From positions 1 to 51,936 of the forward strand of contig WRCJ01000002.1 of the NCBI GenBank assembly GCA_009784085.1: a stretch of DNA of 51,936 nt, written 5' to 3'. This DNA is from Oscillospiraceae bacterium. GTDB lineage: Bacteria > Bacillota > Clostridia > Oscillospirales > UBA929. Shown here piece after piece: positions 1-7,769 of this stretch (positions within the stretch are counted from its first letter, which is position 1; every line of letters begins with the position of its first letter). Both the position numbers and the translations under genes were made by a program. Under the pieces are notes generated by a model. It saw only the letters and a list, made by a program, of their open reading frames with translations. It did no database searches and was not told where the DNA came from.

Positions 1-87
1 GTCCGACGACGCGGCGGCTTTGGTCACCCCGATTTCTATCCGCCCGCCGGCCAAGTTTACATGCAATCCGCTGCTCTCTGGTTCCAT
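1..87 (-). CDS. 5' end of an unidentified gene running off the left edge (MEPESSGLHVNLAGGRIEIGVTKAAASSD...)
   Basis: ATG at 87-85 preceded by a purine-rich GAAGGGGGAAG Shine-Dalgarno-like run. The frame is open to position 1. Too short to assign a family. Confidence 0.3.
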   Translation of the reverse strand, partial: MEPESSGLHVNLAGGRIEIGVTKAAASSD

Positions 88-110
88 GTCTGTCTTCCCC
101 CTTCACTTTA

Positions 111-174
111 CATCTTTACTTCTCTACATCTTTGCATCTCTACATCTTTGCATCTTTGCATCTTTGCATCTTTT
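111..174. repeat. Eight tandem 8-nt units (CATCTTTG and variants; minus strand reads AAAGATGC)
   Basis: Read directly: catcttta cttctcta catctttg catctcta catctttg catctttg catctttg catctttt. It lies in the 5' leader of the left-edge gene. Confidence 0.85.
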
Positions 175-245
175 CTAAAAGGATAGCGTCGCAATATATT
201 GCAAAAACGTATCACCACGCCGCCTTTTCCCCAGATTACAGCGTT

Positions 246-275
246 ATTATAGCACAGATATCTCACATAATGCAA
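246..275 (-). promoter_or_regulatory. Candidate sigma-70 promoter with extended -10 for the left-edge gene
   Basis: Minus strand reads TTGCAT (270-275), an 18-nt spacer, then TGcTATAAT (-10 at 246-251). Confidence 0.4.
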
Positions 276-350
276 ATAAAATCGTTGCCGTGTTCCCAGT
301 GAGGCACGTATGTGCCCGCATGGGGTGCCCGTGCCGTCGGCATTGAAAAT

Positions 351-731
351 CTAATCTTCAAATGGAGATAAAAATTGCGACGGGGAAATAATAGACGGTT
401 TATCTGTGTAGTGCTTTTTATTTCCGGTAACCAAGACCGCACCAGCGGTTTTCGCCACATCGTAGAATTTTCGATCCATCTCGTCAGGCAATTTGATTTT
501 ACTGGGCGTACTGACGATATTGGAGCCTATTTCGTTCATCAAGTCAAAGAACCGTCTAATGGCTGGTGTGTGAATTACCTCCGCGAATTTTGACCGACAC
601 AGCACTTGCTCATACTCGGCCAAAATAGTCGGAGTGCCGTTGTTCGTTACTACCATCTCTTTGTTTGCCAACAGCCTTTTTTGCGTCTCTTTTGGCGAAG
701 CGGTAAACTCTCGCATGGAAACAAACTCCAT
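351..731 (-). pseudogene. Deletion-fused toxin-antitoxin relic: Phd/YefM-like antitoxin N-terminus joined in frame to the C-terminal two thirds of a PIN (PIN_3/TIGR00305-like) toxin
   Basis: MEFVSMREFTASPKETQKRLLANKEMVVTNNGTPTIL is antitoxin-like. ILAEYEQVLCRSKF ... DRKFYDVAKTAGAVLVTGNKKHY ... ISPSQFL matches the middle and C-terminal PIN consensus, but the N-terminal DTNV catalytic segment is missing. GAGGTGA Shine-Dalgarno lies 5 nt before the ATG at 731. Confidence 0.55.
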
Positions 732-775
732 TGATCTCACCTCGTTTATAGGTTGGTCTAACATAAGAACAAATA

Positions 776-800
776 TAGCACACTATCAGATAGTGTGCTA
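776..800 (-). promoter_or_regulatory. Perfect 10-bp inverted repeat (TAGCACACTA-N5-TAGTGTGCTA); a terminator for the upstream stub or an operator of the TA relic
   Basis: Read directly. On the minus strand the hairpin is followed by TATTTGTTCTT and then the ORF start region. Confidence 0.45.
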
Positions 801-826
801 ATGGAGTGTCGCCGATTGGCACACCT

Positions 827-1134
827 CTAATTGCTTCCCGCGCTTCCCGTCTTCCTCCGATACTTTTGCCCGCGTGCGTTTGGCGTTTGCGGCAGGGTCA
901 TTTCGATGAAGCCTTCTTCGAGAGCCGGATGCAGATAATTCTTTCGGAAGGTCGGGCGATGCTTCATGTCAAGCAGTTCCATGAGGGCCGCGGCAGAGAG
1001 TGTTTTATCGCCCAAAGCACCTAAAAGCCGTTTAACTTGATCGCTTGCTTGGTCGGTATCTTGGTCGCTCGCGGCGTACTGTTCGAATGTATCCCAGATT
1101 GCTTGCAGTAAATATCGGATAAATTCCGTTGTTT
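827..1134 (-). pseudogene. C-terminal stub of a Fic / RecG-like HTH DNA-binding protein (no usable start codon)
   Basis: The open frame reads KTTEFIRYLLQAIWDTFEQYAASDQDTDQASDQVKRLLGALGDKTLSAAALMELLDMKHRPTFRKNYLHPALEEGFIEMTLPQTPNARGQKYRRK. The DQxTDQ repeat, the 'HRPTFRKNYL.PA...G.IEMT.P..PN...QKYR' motif is the typical C-terminus of that family. The frame opens right after a TAG, about 25 nt from the sbcC stop. Confidence 0.5.
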
Positions 1135-1158
1135 TCTACATTGCCCGCATCGTTATCG

Positions 1159-4100
1159 CTAGGCCATGATCGTTATCTTGCTTCCGCGCGTGGTTTTCTC
1201 CACTTGGATTTGTTTGTCGATCCGCTCGCGCAATTCAGTAACATGGGAGATGATCCCTATGATCCTGTTCGTCCCTGCCATTTCCGAAAGTGTTCTGATT
1301 GCGAGTTCCAACACATCCGCGTCAAGGGAACCAAAGCCTTCGTCAACGAACATCGCGTCAAGGCGGATGCCACCGGCATTTTGCTGGACGACATCGGACA
1401 ACCCAAGGGCAAGCGAGAGCGACGCCATAAAGGATTCGCCGCCAGACAAACTGTTGGCTGAGCGGGCTTTGCCCGTGTAGGCGTCAAAGACTTCAATTTC
1501 TAGGCCCGAACGTTTGCGTCCATCGCTGCTTTGGGTCTTTCGCAAAAAGGTGTAACGATTCTGGCTCATGATTTTCAAACGAAGATTGGCGGCGCGGATG
1601 ACACGCTCAAAGTACGCCATTTGCGCGTAGGTTTCAAAATCGAGTTTGCCGTTTGCCGTGTCCGCCAATTGCTTTACGGCGGCGTAAGCCTTTTCGACCT
1701 TTTCAAAATCGGCGGCGGCACGGCGAAGCTCCCGGATCGCGTCTTCCGTTTTCCTGAGCCGGCCATGGATTTCATCGCGTTTCTCGCGCAACGCCTTCGA
1801 TTCAGCATGTATTGTTGCCGCTTCGACCCGCAAACGCGCAATGTCGGGCCGCTCCCTGCCGGCGGTCTCGTTTTTAAGCCGGGTGATGTCACGGGCAAGC
1901 CGTTCGCCGTTTTTCTCGTAATCCGATACCTGCTTCCTCAATTCGGCAAGATCCTTTTCCGTTACGAGATAAGCCTTGTATTCCGTTTCATCCGCAAAAC
2001 CATTGTCTTGCAAGGAAGTCATATAGGCTAATTGCGCCCCGTCACGGAGCTTCAAAAGCCGTTGTTCATGGGCGGCGCGCTCGCGCGTCAGCGTCTGGGC
2101 GGAGAGCGCGGCAGATTCAGCATTTGTTTTGCGTTTCGTCGCGGTATCCCAATCTTTGGTAAGTTTGTCAAGCGTTTTCTTATCCGCTTCTTTGCGCGCG
2201 GTTAATTCGTTTACCGCGTTTTTCGTTTGAGAAAGCAGTGCGGATAGTTCCAATTCCAGCTTCGATTCTAGTTCCGACCCTAGTTCCGACCCTAGTTCCG
2301 ATTCCAGTTCCGACCCCGATGACCCCCAATTGGCGTTCGTGACATATTGGGAGAAGTCGCTCATCAATCGTTTTCTGAGTGTATCGGTTTCGCTTTGGAG
2401 CGAAGCAATGTTCGGCGTCAGTTCGTCGCGCTTTTTTATTGTGGCTTCCATTTTCTTTGTGAGTTCGGCAAGTGATTTTTCGGCGGCGCTTTTCTTTTCG
2501 GTCAAGTCCGCAAGAGCCGATTTTGCCGCAAGGATCATGTCCGGCAACAGGGTTGACGCGGCCTCCATCGTGGATGCGGCCTCCATCGTGGCAGTGGGAA
2601 CAAAGACAGAGAAGTCGGAAATAAAACGCTTGCTCAGTGTTTCGATTTCAGCTTGCAGGGCGCCGCATGACGAGGATTTCGCTTCGCGTTTTGCTTGTGC
2701 TTTGTCCTTGGCGTCCCTTGCCTTTTTGAGTATCGCCTGGGTGATATTGTCGTCGGAGCATGGGGCGGGCGCCGGATGATGTGCGGAGCCGCAGACGGGG
2801 CAGGGCATGCCTTCTGTCAAGCTGCTTGCCATAATCCCCGCTTGGTTGCGAAGGAACTTGTCCTCTAGCATCAGGTATTTTTCATTGGCGCCATCGAAAT
2901 CAGCATGAAGCGTTTCAAAGCTCAGTTGCTCTTTTGCCAGCACAGATTGTTTGTTTGCGATAATCGTATAGTCGTTCTGCAATGGCGATAATTTCGCCAG
3001 CCTATCTTCTTCGTTTTTCAAATCCTCTGCTGCCTTGTTGAGCCTTTCTTGGTACGTTGCAACGGGCGGCAAATCCCTCAACATGTTGAGCGTGGTGGTC
3101 AGTTCGTCATTCATTTTGGTCAGATTGTTGCGTTTCGTGGTAATTTCCGCGTGATTCGTCTTCAGCATCGCAAGTTTTTGTAGTTTCTCCGCAGCGGTTT
3201 CCCACTCTTTCAACAACAGGGCATAAGCATCCCGCGTGTCGTCAAGCGGCGGCAAGGAGGCAACAGCTTTCTTCGCTTCTTCACACTCCCTACCGGCGGC
3301 AGCTTCTGTCTCCTTTGCGCTTGCTAAGCCGGCTTGCGCGGAGGTGTAATTTGCCGCCGCCTTATGCGCTTCCTCGGCAAGCGGTTTGACTTTGCGAAGG
3401 GCAGTTTCGCCGCGATGGGCGCGCGTTTCCGCGCCGGCGATTTCTTCGGCTTTGGCGCTATGCCCTGCAAGGTCGCGCTGGCATTGGGCGAGGTCGGCAA
3501 ACTTTTTGCCAAGATCTTCCGCGATAGCAATTTCGGCGGCGAGCGTTTGTTTTTTGTTGTCATAGATGTCGAGCTGCTTGTTCGCTTCCGACAACCTTGT
3601 TTTGTCGGCCTTGATTTGCATCTCCCATTCCGCAAACCGCTCGTCGCGTTGATAGACATCCACCCCATATCGATCGAAGCCGAGGAGGATCAGCGAGCGT
3701 TTATCGCTCTCGCGCTTCACTAGGTCCTTGAGCCGCTCCTGGAAGAATCGCAATGCCTCCGTACCGAAAATGCGGCGCAATATCTTGAGTCGCTCGTCGG
3801 TGCCGCTTTGCAGGAAGTGGAGAAAATCGTTCTGCGCGATCATCACGATTTGCGCGAACTGATCGCGGTCAAGGCCCACGATTTCGGAGATCTTCTGATT
3901 CACATTTTTGACTCGGTTCATCGAAGTGCCGTCAGGCAGGACAAGAAACACGTCTTGCCCGGCCTTCTTGATGACGCGCCGAATGCTATACAACTTGCCG
4001 CCGGAAATAAATTCAAGTTCGACATATGTCTTCGCTTTTTCCCCCGCGAAATCGGAGCGAAGCATGGCGTAGTCGTCGCGGCCCCAACCGCTTGCCTTGC

Positions 4101-4260
4101 CGAACAAGGCAAATGAAATGGCATCGAAGATGGTGGTCTTCCCTGAACCCGTGTCTCCCGTGATCAGATACAGGCCATTGTCCCCCAGTTTTGAGAAATT
4201 CACGGTTTGCACGTTGGCGTAGGAGCCAAACGCGCTGATCGTGAGCGTTAGCGGTTTCAT
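1159..4260 (-). CDS. sbcC: SbcC / Rad50-type exonuclease ATPase subunit
   Basis: Walker A GDTGSGKTT, zinc hook CPVCG in the middle of a long coiled coil, signature LSGGESF and Walker B VDEGFGSLD at the C-terminus. It overlaps sbcD by 4 nt. Confidence 0.92.
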   Translation of the reverse strand: MKPLTLTISAFGSYANVQTVNFSKLGDNGLYLITGDTGSGKTTIFDAISFALFGKASGWGRDDYAMLRSDFAGEKAKTYVELEFISGGKLYSIRRVIKKAGQDVFLVLPDGTSMNRVKNVNQKISEIVGLDRDQFAQIVMIAQNDFLHFLQSGTDERLKILRRIFGTEALRFFQERLKDLVKRESDKRSLILLGFDRYGVDVYQRDERFAEWEMQIKADKTRLSEANKQLDIYDNKKQTLAAEIAIAEDLGKKFADLAQCQRDLAGHSAKAEEIAGAETRAHRGETALRKVKPLAEEAHKAAANYTSAQAGLASAKETEAAAGRECEEAKKAVASLPPLDDTRDAYALLLKEWETAAEKLQKLAMLKTNHAEITTKRNNLTKMNDELTTTLNMLRDLPPVATYQERLNKAAEDLKNEEDRLAKLSPLQNDYTIIANKQSVLAKEQLSFETLHADFDGANEKYLMLEDKFLRNQAGIMASSLTEGMPCPVCGSAHHPAPAPCSDDNITQAILKKARDAKDKAQAKREAKSSSCGALQAEIETLSKRFISDFSVFVPTATMEAASTMEAASTLLPDMILAAKSALADLTEKKSAAEKSLAELTKKMEATIKKRDELTPNIASLQSETDTLRKRLMSDFSQYVTNANWGSSGSELESELGSELGSELESKLELELSALLSQTKNAVNELTARKEADKKTLDKLTKDWDTATKRKTNAESAALSAQTLTRERAAHEQRLLKLRDGAQLAYMTSLQDNGFADETEYKAYLVTEKDLAELRKQVSDYEKNGERLARDITRLKNETAGRERPDIARLRVEAATIHAESKALREKRDEIHGRLRKTEDAIRELRRAAADFEKVEKAYAAVKQLADTANGKLDFETYAQMAYFERVIRAANLRLKIMSQNRYTFLRKTQSSDGRKRSGLEIEVFDAYTGKARSANSLSGGESFMASLSLALGLSDVVQQNAGGIRLDAMFVDEGFGSLDADVLELAIRTLSEMAGTNRIIGIISHVTELRERIDKQIQVEKTTRGSKITIMA

Positions 4261-5417
4261 TCCTCACCCGACCTTTCCAGGAGTTCACGCACAATCTCGC
4301 TTTGCCCCTCGCTCATTGTCGAACCTTGCGTTTCAAGGAAAAACTCGCCAAACAATTCATAGATCGATAACTTTTCAACCGCTTCAGAAGCTATCATGAT
4401 GGCGTCCATGTCAGTGTTTGCCCGCGACTTTGTCCGCGAGTTCTCAAATCCAAGGCTCATCATATTGGGGTAGACGCTGCGGAGTTTCCCTATGGGGTCA
4501 ATAATCTCTTCTTCGTCGGTGAGGACTACGCGCAGATAATCCTCTTTGTCCGCAAGACAGGCTACTTCATCGCGCATCAGCTTGTCAATTTCGCCTTTTA
4601 TTTCGCGCATATCATGGAGTGGAGTAAGGGGGAGCGTTTTCGTTGATAGATTTCCCTTTTCGCCCAACGCGACAAGCGTTATAGATTTTTTCTGCTTCCA
4701 CTCAGAAAACGAATATTTTATCGGAGACCCGCAATAGTGGATATGCTCTTCGCCTGCGCTTTGCCTGCCGTGCAGATGCCCGAGCGCGGCATAGTCAAAG
4801 CGTTCAATAATCCCCGCGTCCACGGCGTCGAGCCCGCCTATAGGGTTCAACTCGGATTCGGAGCGAATGGGCGAAATGCCTGCTTTGGTGTAAAATTGAT
4901 GTGACACTAGCACATTGCGGGCCGTATAGTCAACGTTTGCCGCGCCCAACGCTGCGGCAATGGCGTCATCGTAGCTTTCGATCTCCTGTTCCCCAGACAA
5001 TACGCGCATAGAAGTCGGCTTGATGAACGGCAGGAGCCAGAAGTTCACTTCGCCGTGTTCGTCGGTCAAAATGACCTTGCGCGGCGATCCGGCGAATGAG
5101 CCGCAAAGATGCAACTGTTTATCCAATAGTAAACGGCTGGCGTAGCCTAGCCGTTCCGGCGAGTCATGGTTGCCGGAGATAAGCAAAACCGCGATTTCCT
5201 CATGCGCGAGCTCGGTGAGGAAATCGTCGAACAACCGCACCGCTTCGACGCTGGGGATGGCGCGGTCATATATGTCGCCCGCTATGATGACGGCGGTTGG
5301 GCTCTCTGTTGTTATGTACCCGAGGATCTGCCGGAAAGCGTTTTCCTGCTCCGCTATCATGGAGAAGCCGTTCACGCTTTTCCCGATGTGCAGGTCGGAC
5401 AGGTGTAGGAATTTCAT
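4257..5417 (-). CDS. sbcD: SbcD / Mre11-type nuclease subunit
   Basis: Calcineurin-like phosphoesterase motifs LSDLHIG, GDIYDR, GNHD and GHLH; located upstream of sbcC. Confidence 0.92.
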   Translation of the reverse strand: MKFLHLSDLHIGKSVNGFSMIAEQENAFRQILGYITTESPTAVIIAGDIYDRAIPSVEAVRLFDDFLTELAHEEIAVLLISGNHDSPERLGYASRLLLDKQLHLCGSFAGSPRKVILTDEHGEVNFWLLPFIKPTSMRVLSGEQEIESYDDAIAAALGAANVDYTARNVLVSHQFYTKAGISPIRSESELNPIGGLDAVDAGIIERFDYAALGHLHGRQSAGEEHIHYCGSPIKYSFSEWKQKKSITLVALGEKGNLSTKTLPLTPLHDMREIKGEIDKLMRDEVACLADKEDYLRVVLTDEEEIIDPIGKLRSVYPNMMSLGFENSRTKSRANTDMDAIMIASEAVEKLSIYELFGEFFLETQGSTMSEGQSEIVRELLERSGEE

Positions 5418-5462
5418 AGACAGGCCCCCATCAGCTATATTCTGTTATATCAGCTAAATCAG

Positions 5463-6917
5463 CTATCCGCTTACGACATCCGAAAGCGAAAACAGTTTTA
5501 TATTTTTATCTTCACTTGCTTTTTCAGCCAGCCCCTTTGTAAAACCCGATTTTGAGAAGAGAGCGTACTTCACTACCGCGCCTTTTTTTGTGACCGATGA
5601 CTTTTCTTTCAGATGTTCAAGATGGGAAGCATCCATTTCAGAGTTGCGGAATTTGCATTCTCCGAGGATATAATTTTTTGATTTCGCGCAGGACGCCAAG
5701 ATGTCGATCTCAGTATCAACCGCGATAGTTCTTTCTTTTCCTGTATCAGTAAGAACTGTTTTTTTTAATCTTCCCCACCATCTACCCAGCCTTGCAACAC
5801 GGAACGGCAACTCGCCCCGCCGGTTTTTCCCCCGTATAAATTCACGGCAGACTGTTTCAAAGATGGGCGAAGCGTAGTCGTTCATCTGCGGTAAAACAGC
5901 GTAGGTGTACACACCCTCGGTGTCGCCGGTTTCCAAATCCGACAGGTTGGGGGACACAAAGCAAAACCAAAAGCGGAAGAAGTTATCCGTTATCCGATAC
6001 AAGCCCCGCGTTGAGGTTGCCTGCTCTTTGCCGCTTGATAATACAGAAAATTCACGCGCCAGTATATGCAATTCAATGAGGTTTTTCAGATACACGCTGA
6101 TTTTCGCCTTTTCGAGTTGCGTTTTCATATAAATGTCGTTTAACCGTGTGTTGCCGAGCGCAATTGCCTCAATGACTGTATTATATAAGGCGGGTTCGCG
6201 CAGCTCCTGACGGATTAAAAATTCAACCTCGTTGTACAGGGTGCAGCCTTTCGTCAGCACATTTTTGATGATGTTTTCGCGTAAAGGAAGCGCCGGGTCA
6301 AACTGCCGGAGATAATGGGGAATGCCGCCCAATATTGAGTACGCCAGTATTTTGTCCTCATCGGAGTAGTTCGGGAAGAATTGAATGGCGTCATCAAAAG
6401 GCAGTTCGTTCATTTTATAGATGCCGGTTGCGCGACCGTATAGCGGGTTTTTTTCCGAGAGGATTTTTCTCTCAATAAAACTCATCGCGCTGCCGCACAG
6501 TACAATCATAACATCTTGATTTTTTAAGTCTTCATCCCACAGGATTTGCAAAATTGACGGGATAGCCGGGTCGCCTTTACACATATAGGGGAATTCGTCA
6601 ATGATAAGCAATTTCTTTTTGCCATCGGTCGGTAGCTCTAAAGCACTTTTAAAAGCCGATTCCCAATCCCCAAAAGCCTTCAAATACTTTGCCGCCGGAC
6701 TACCGGCTTTTAATATACGCGCTGAAAAAGCGGTAAGCTGTTTCTCGTCAGAAAGCTCACGGCAAGAATAAAAAACGTGCGGCTTGCTTTCGCAAAACTT
6801 TTGCAAGAGTTCAGTTTTACCTATACGCCGCCGGCCGTACAGTACAACAAGCTGTCCACCGGGAGCATTATATTTGTCTTCGAAAAAATTGAGTTCCTGT
6901 TCGCGCCCAATAAACAT
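5463..6917 (-). CDS. AAA ATPase of the archaeal-ATPase/DUF234 family
   Basis: N-terminus FIGREQELNFF...VVLYGRRRIGKTELL (P-loop), Walker B LLIIDEFPY, and a long C-terminal DUF234-like domain. It is visibly AT-richer than the flanking V-ATPase operon. Confidence 0.8.
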   Translation of the reverse strand: MFIGREQELNFFEDKYNAPGGQLVVLYGRRRIGKTELLQKFCESKPHVFYSCRELSDEKQLTAFSARILKAGSPAAKYLKAFGDWESAFKSALELPTDGKKKLLIIDEFPYMCKGDPAIPSILQILWDEDLKNQDVMIVLCGSAMSFIERKILSEKNPLYGRATGIYKMNELPFDDAIQFFPNYSDEDKILAYSILGGIPHYLRQFDPALPLRENIIKNVLTKGCTLYNEVEFLIRQELREPALYNTVIEAIALGNTRLNDIYMKTQLEKAKISVYLKNLIELHILAREFSVLSSGKEQATSTRGLYRITDNFFRFWFCFVSPNLSDLETGDTEGVYTYAVLPQMNDYASPIFETVCREFIRGKNRRGELPFRVARLGRWWGRLKKTVLTDTGKERTIAVDTEIDILASCAKSKNYILGECKFRNSEMDASHLEHLKEKSSVTKKGAVVKYALFSKSGFTKGLAEKASEDKNIKLFSLSDVVSG

Positions 6918-6947
6918 CGATGCACCTCGCGTCTAATAATCGAGATT

Positions 6948-6998
6948 ATACAAATCGTGATTTGTATTTATTGTAACCCATAACTTTGCGTTTGTCAA
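6948..6998 (-). promoter_or_regulatory. Strong sigma-70 promoter plus a perfect 20-bp palindrome (operator candidate) upstream of the DUF234 ATPase
   Basis: Minus strand: TTGACA (6993-6998), 17 nt, TACAAT (6970-6975). It is followed by ATACAAATC-gt-GATTTGTAT at 6948-6967. Confidence 0.55.
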
Positions 6999-7073
6999 GT
7001 CGAAGGGTTTATTTGATGTTTATGATATATGAAGGAGGCACCCCCTATCGAGGCACCTCCTATCGAGGCGCCA

Positions 7074-7676
7074 CTATCGGGGTTTCCCTTTGACGACCTT
7101 CATGCGGACGAATTCCTCCCGCTCCCTCTCCTCCAGCGCTTCGGCGATGAGGGAGAGGTTTTGCTTGTAGTCGGGGATGATGATGTTTTCCAGGGCGTTG
7201 GCGCATTTCTGCGTCTTTTTGATCGCATAGGCCAGGCGATAGATGGATGTCTCCACCTCGGCCAGCTCGCATGTCAGGTGGAGGACCGCGTGAAAGTGTA
7301 TGATGGCCTCGTCCAGCATGGAATTGGTAAAGGCAAAGCCCAGCATGGCCGGCGGCGTGTCCGCCATCGTCACGCTGGGGAGGGCGACGCCCATCACAGA
7401 CCGGAAGCGGATGCGTAGCGAGTCCTCCACCGGTGCGGACTGGGCCAGCCCCTCGCAATTGCCCAGCGTGATGTTGGCCGCCTGTAGCGAGGCGTAGGCG
7501 GTACGGAAGGTGGCGTCGATTTTGCCCTGTATGTCGGCCGCGCGCTCGATTAACCCCATCATCTCCCGGATGAGGATGTTGCGCTTGCGATCCATCATCT
7601 CGTAGCCCAGCGTGGCCAGGGAGAGGGATCGCCTGAGCGCCAGCAGGTTGCCTTTTGTGGGGATTACGTTGGGCAT
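7074..7676 (-). CDS. ntpD: V-type ATP synthase subunit D
   Basis: MPNVIPTKGNLLALRRSL...MDRKRNILIREMM is the canonical subunit D N-terminus; last gene of the operon. Confidence 0.9.
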   Translation of the reverse strand: MPNVIPTKGNLLALRRSLSLATLGYEMMDRKRNILIREMMGLIERAADIQGKIDATFRTAYASLQAANITLGNCEGLAQSAPVEDSLRIRFRSVMGVALPSVTMADTPPAMLGFAFTNSMLDEAIIHFHAVLHLTCELAEVETSIYRLAYAIKKTQKCANALENIIIPDYKQNLSLIAEALEEREREEFVRMKVVKGKPR

Positions 7677-7769
7677 AGTGCGCGCCTCCTGTCGGGCACA
7701 TGCGTAAATACTACGTATCTACGCATGTTACATATACTACGCGCCTCCTGTCGGGCATATTGATATTAC

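Noticed and set aside
1159-5417. sbcC-sbcD as components of a dedicated defence system
   Set aside because: Sizes, motifs, the zinc hook and the 4-nt gene overlap are those of the canonical housekeeping SbcCD. No nuclease/sensor partner specific to defence systems is adjacent, apart from the DUF234 ATPase, which is reported separately as a hypothesis.
7699-7761. Short ORF (MRRYVVFTHVPDRRRAHYAQR) between ntpB and ntpD, overlapping the ntpD start, considered as a regulatory uORF
   Set aside because: Its ATG is 17 nt from the duplicated Shine-Dalgarno, which is too far, and lies inside the 8-bp hairpin stem. It is more simply a by-product of the 18-nt duplication plus filler.
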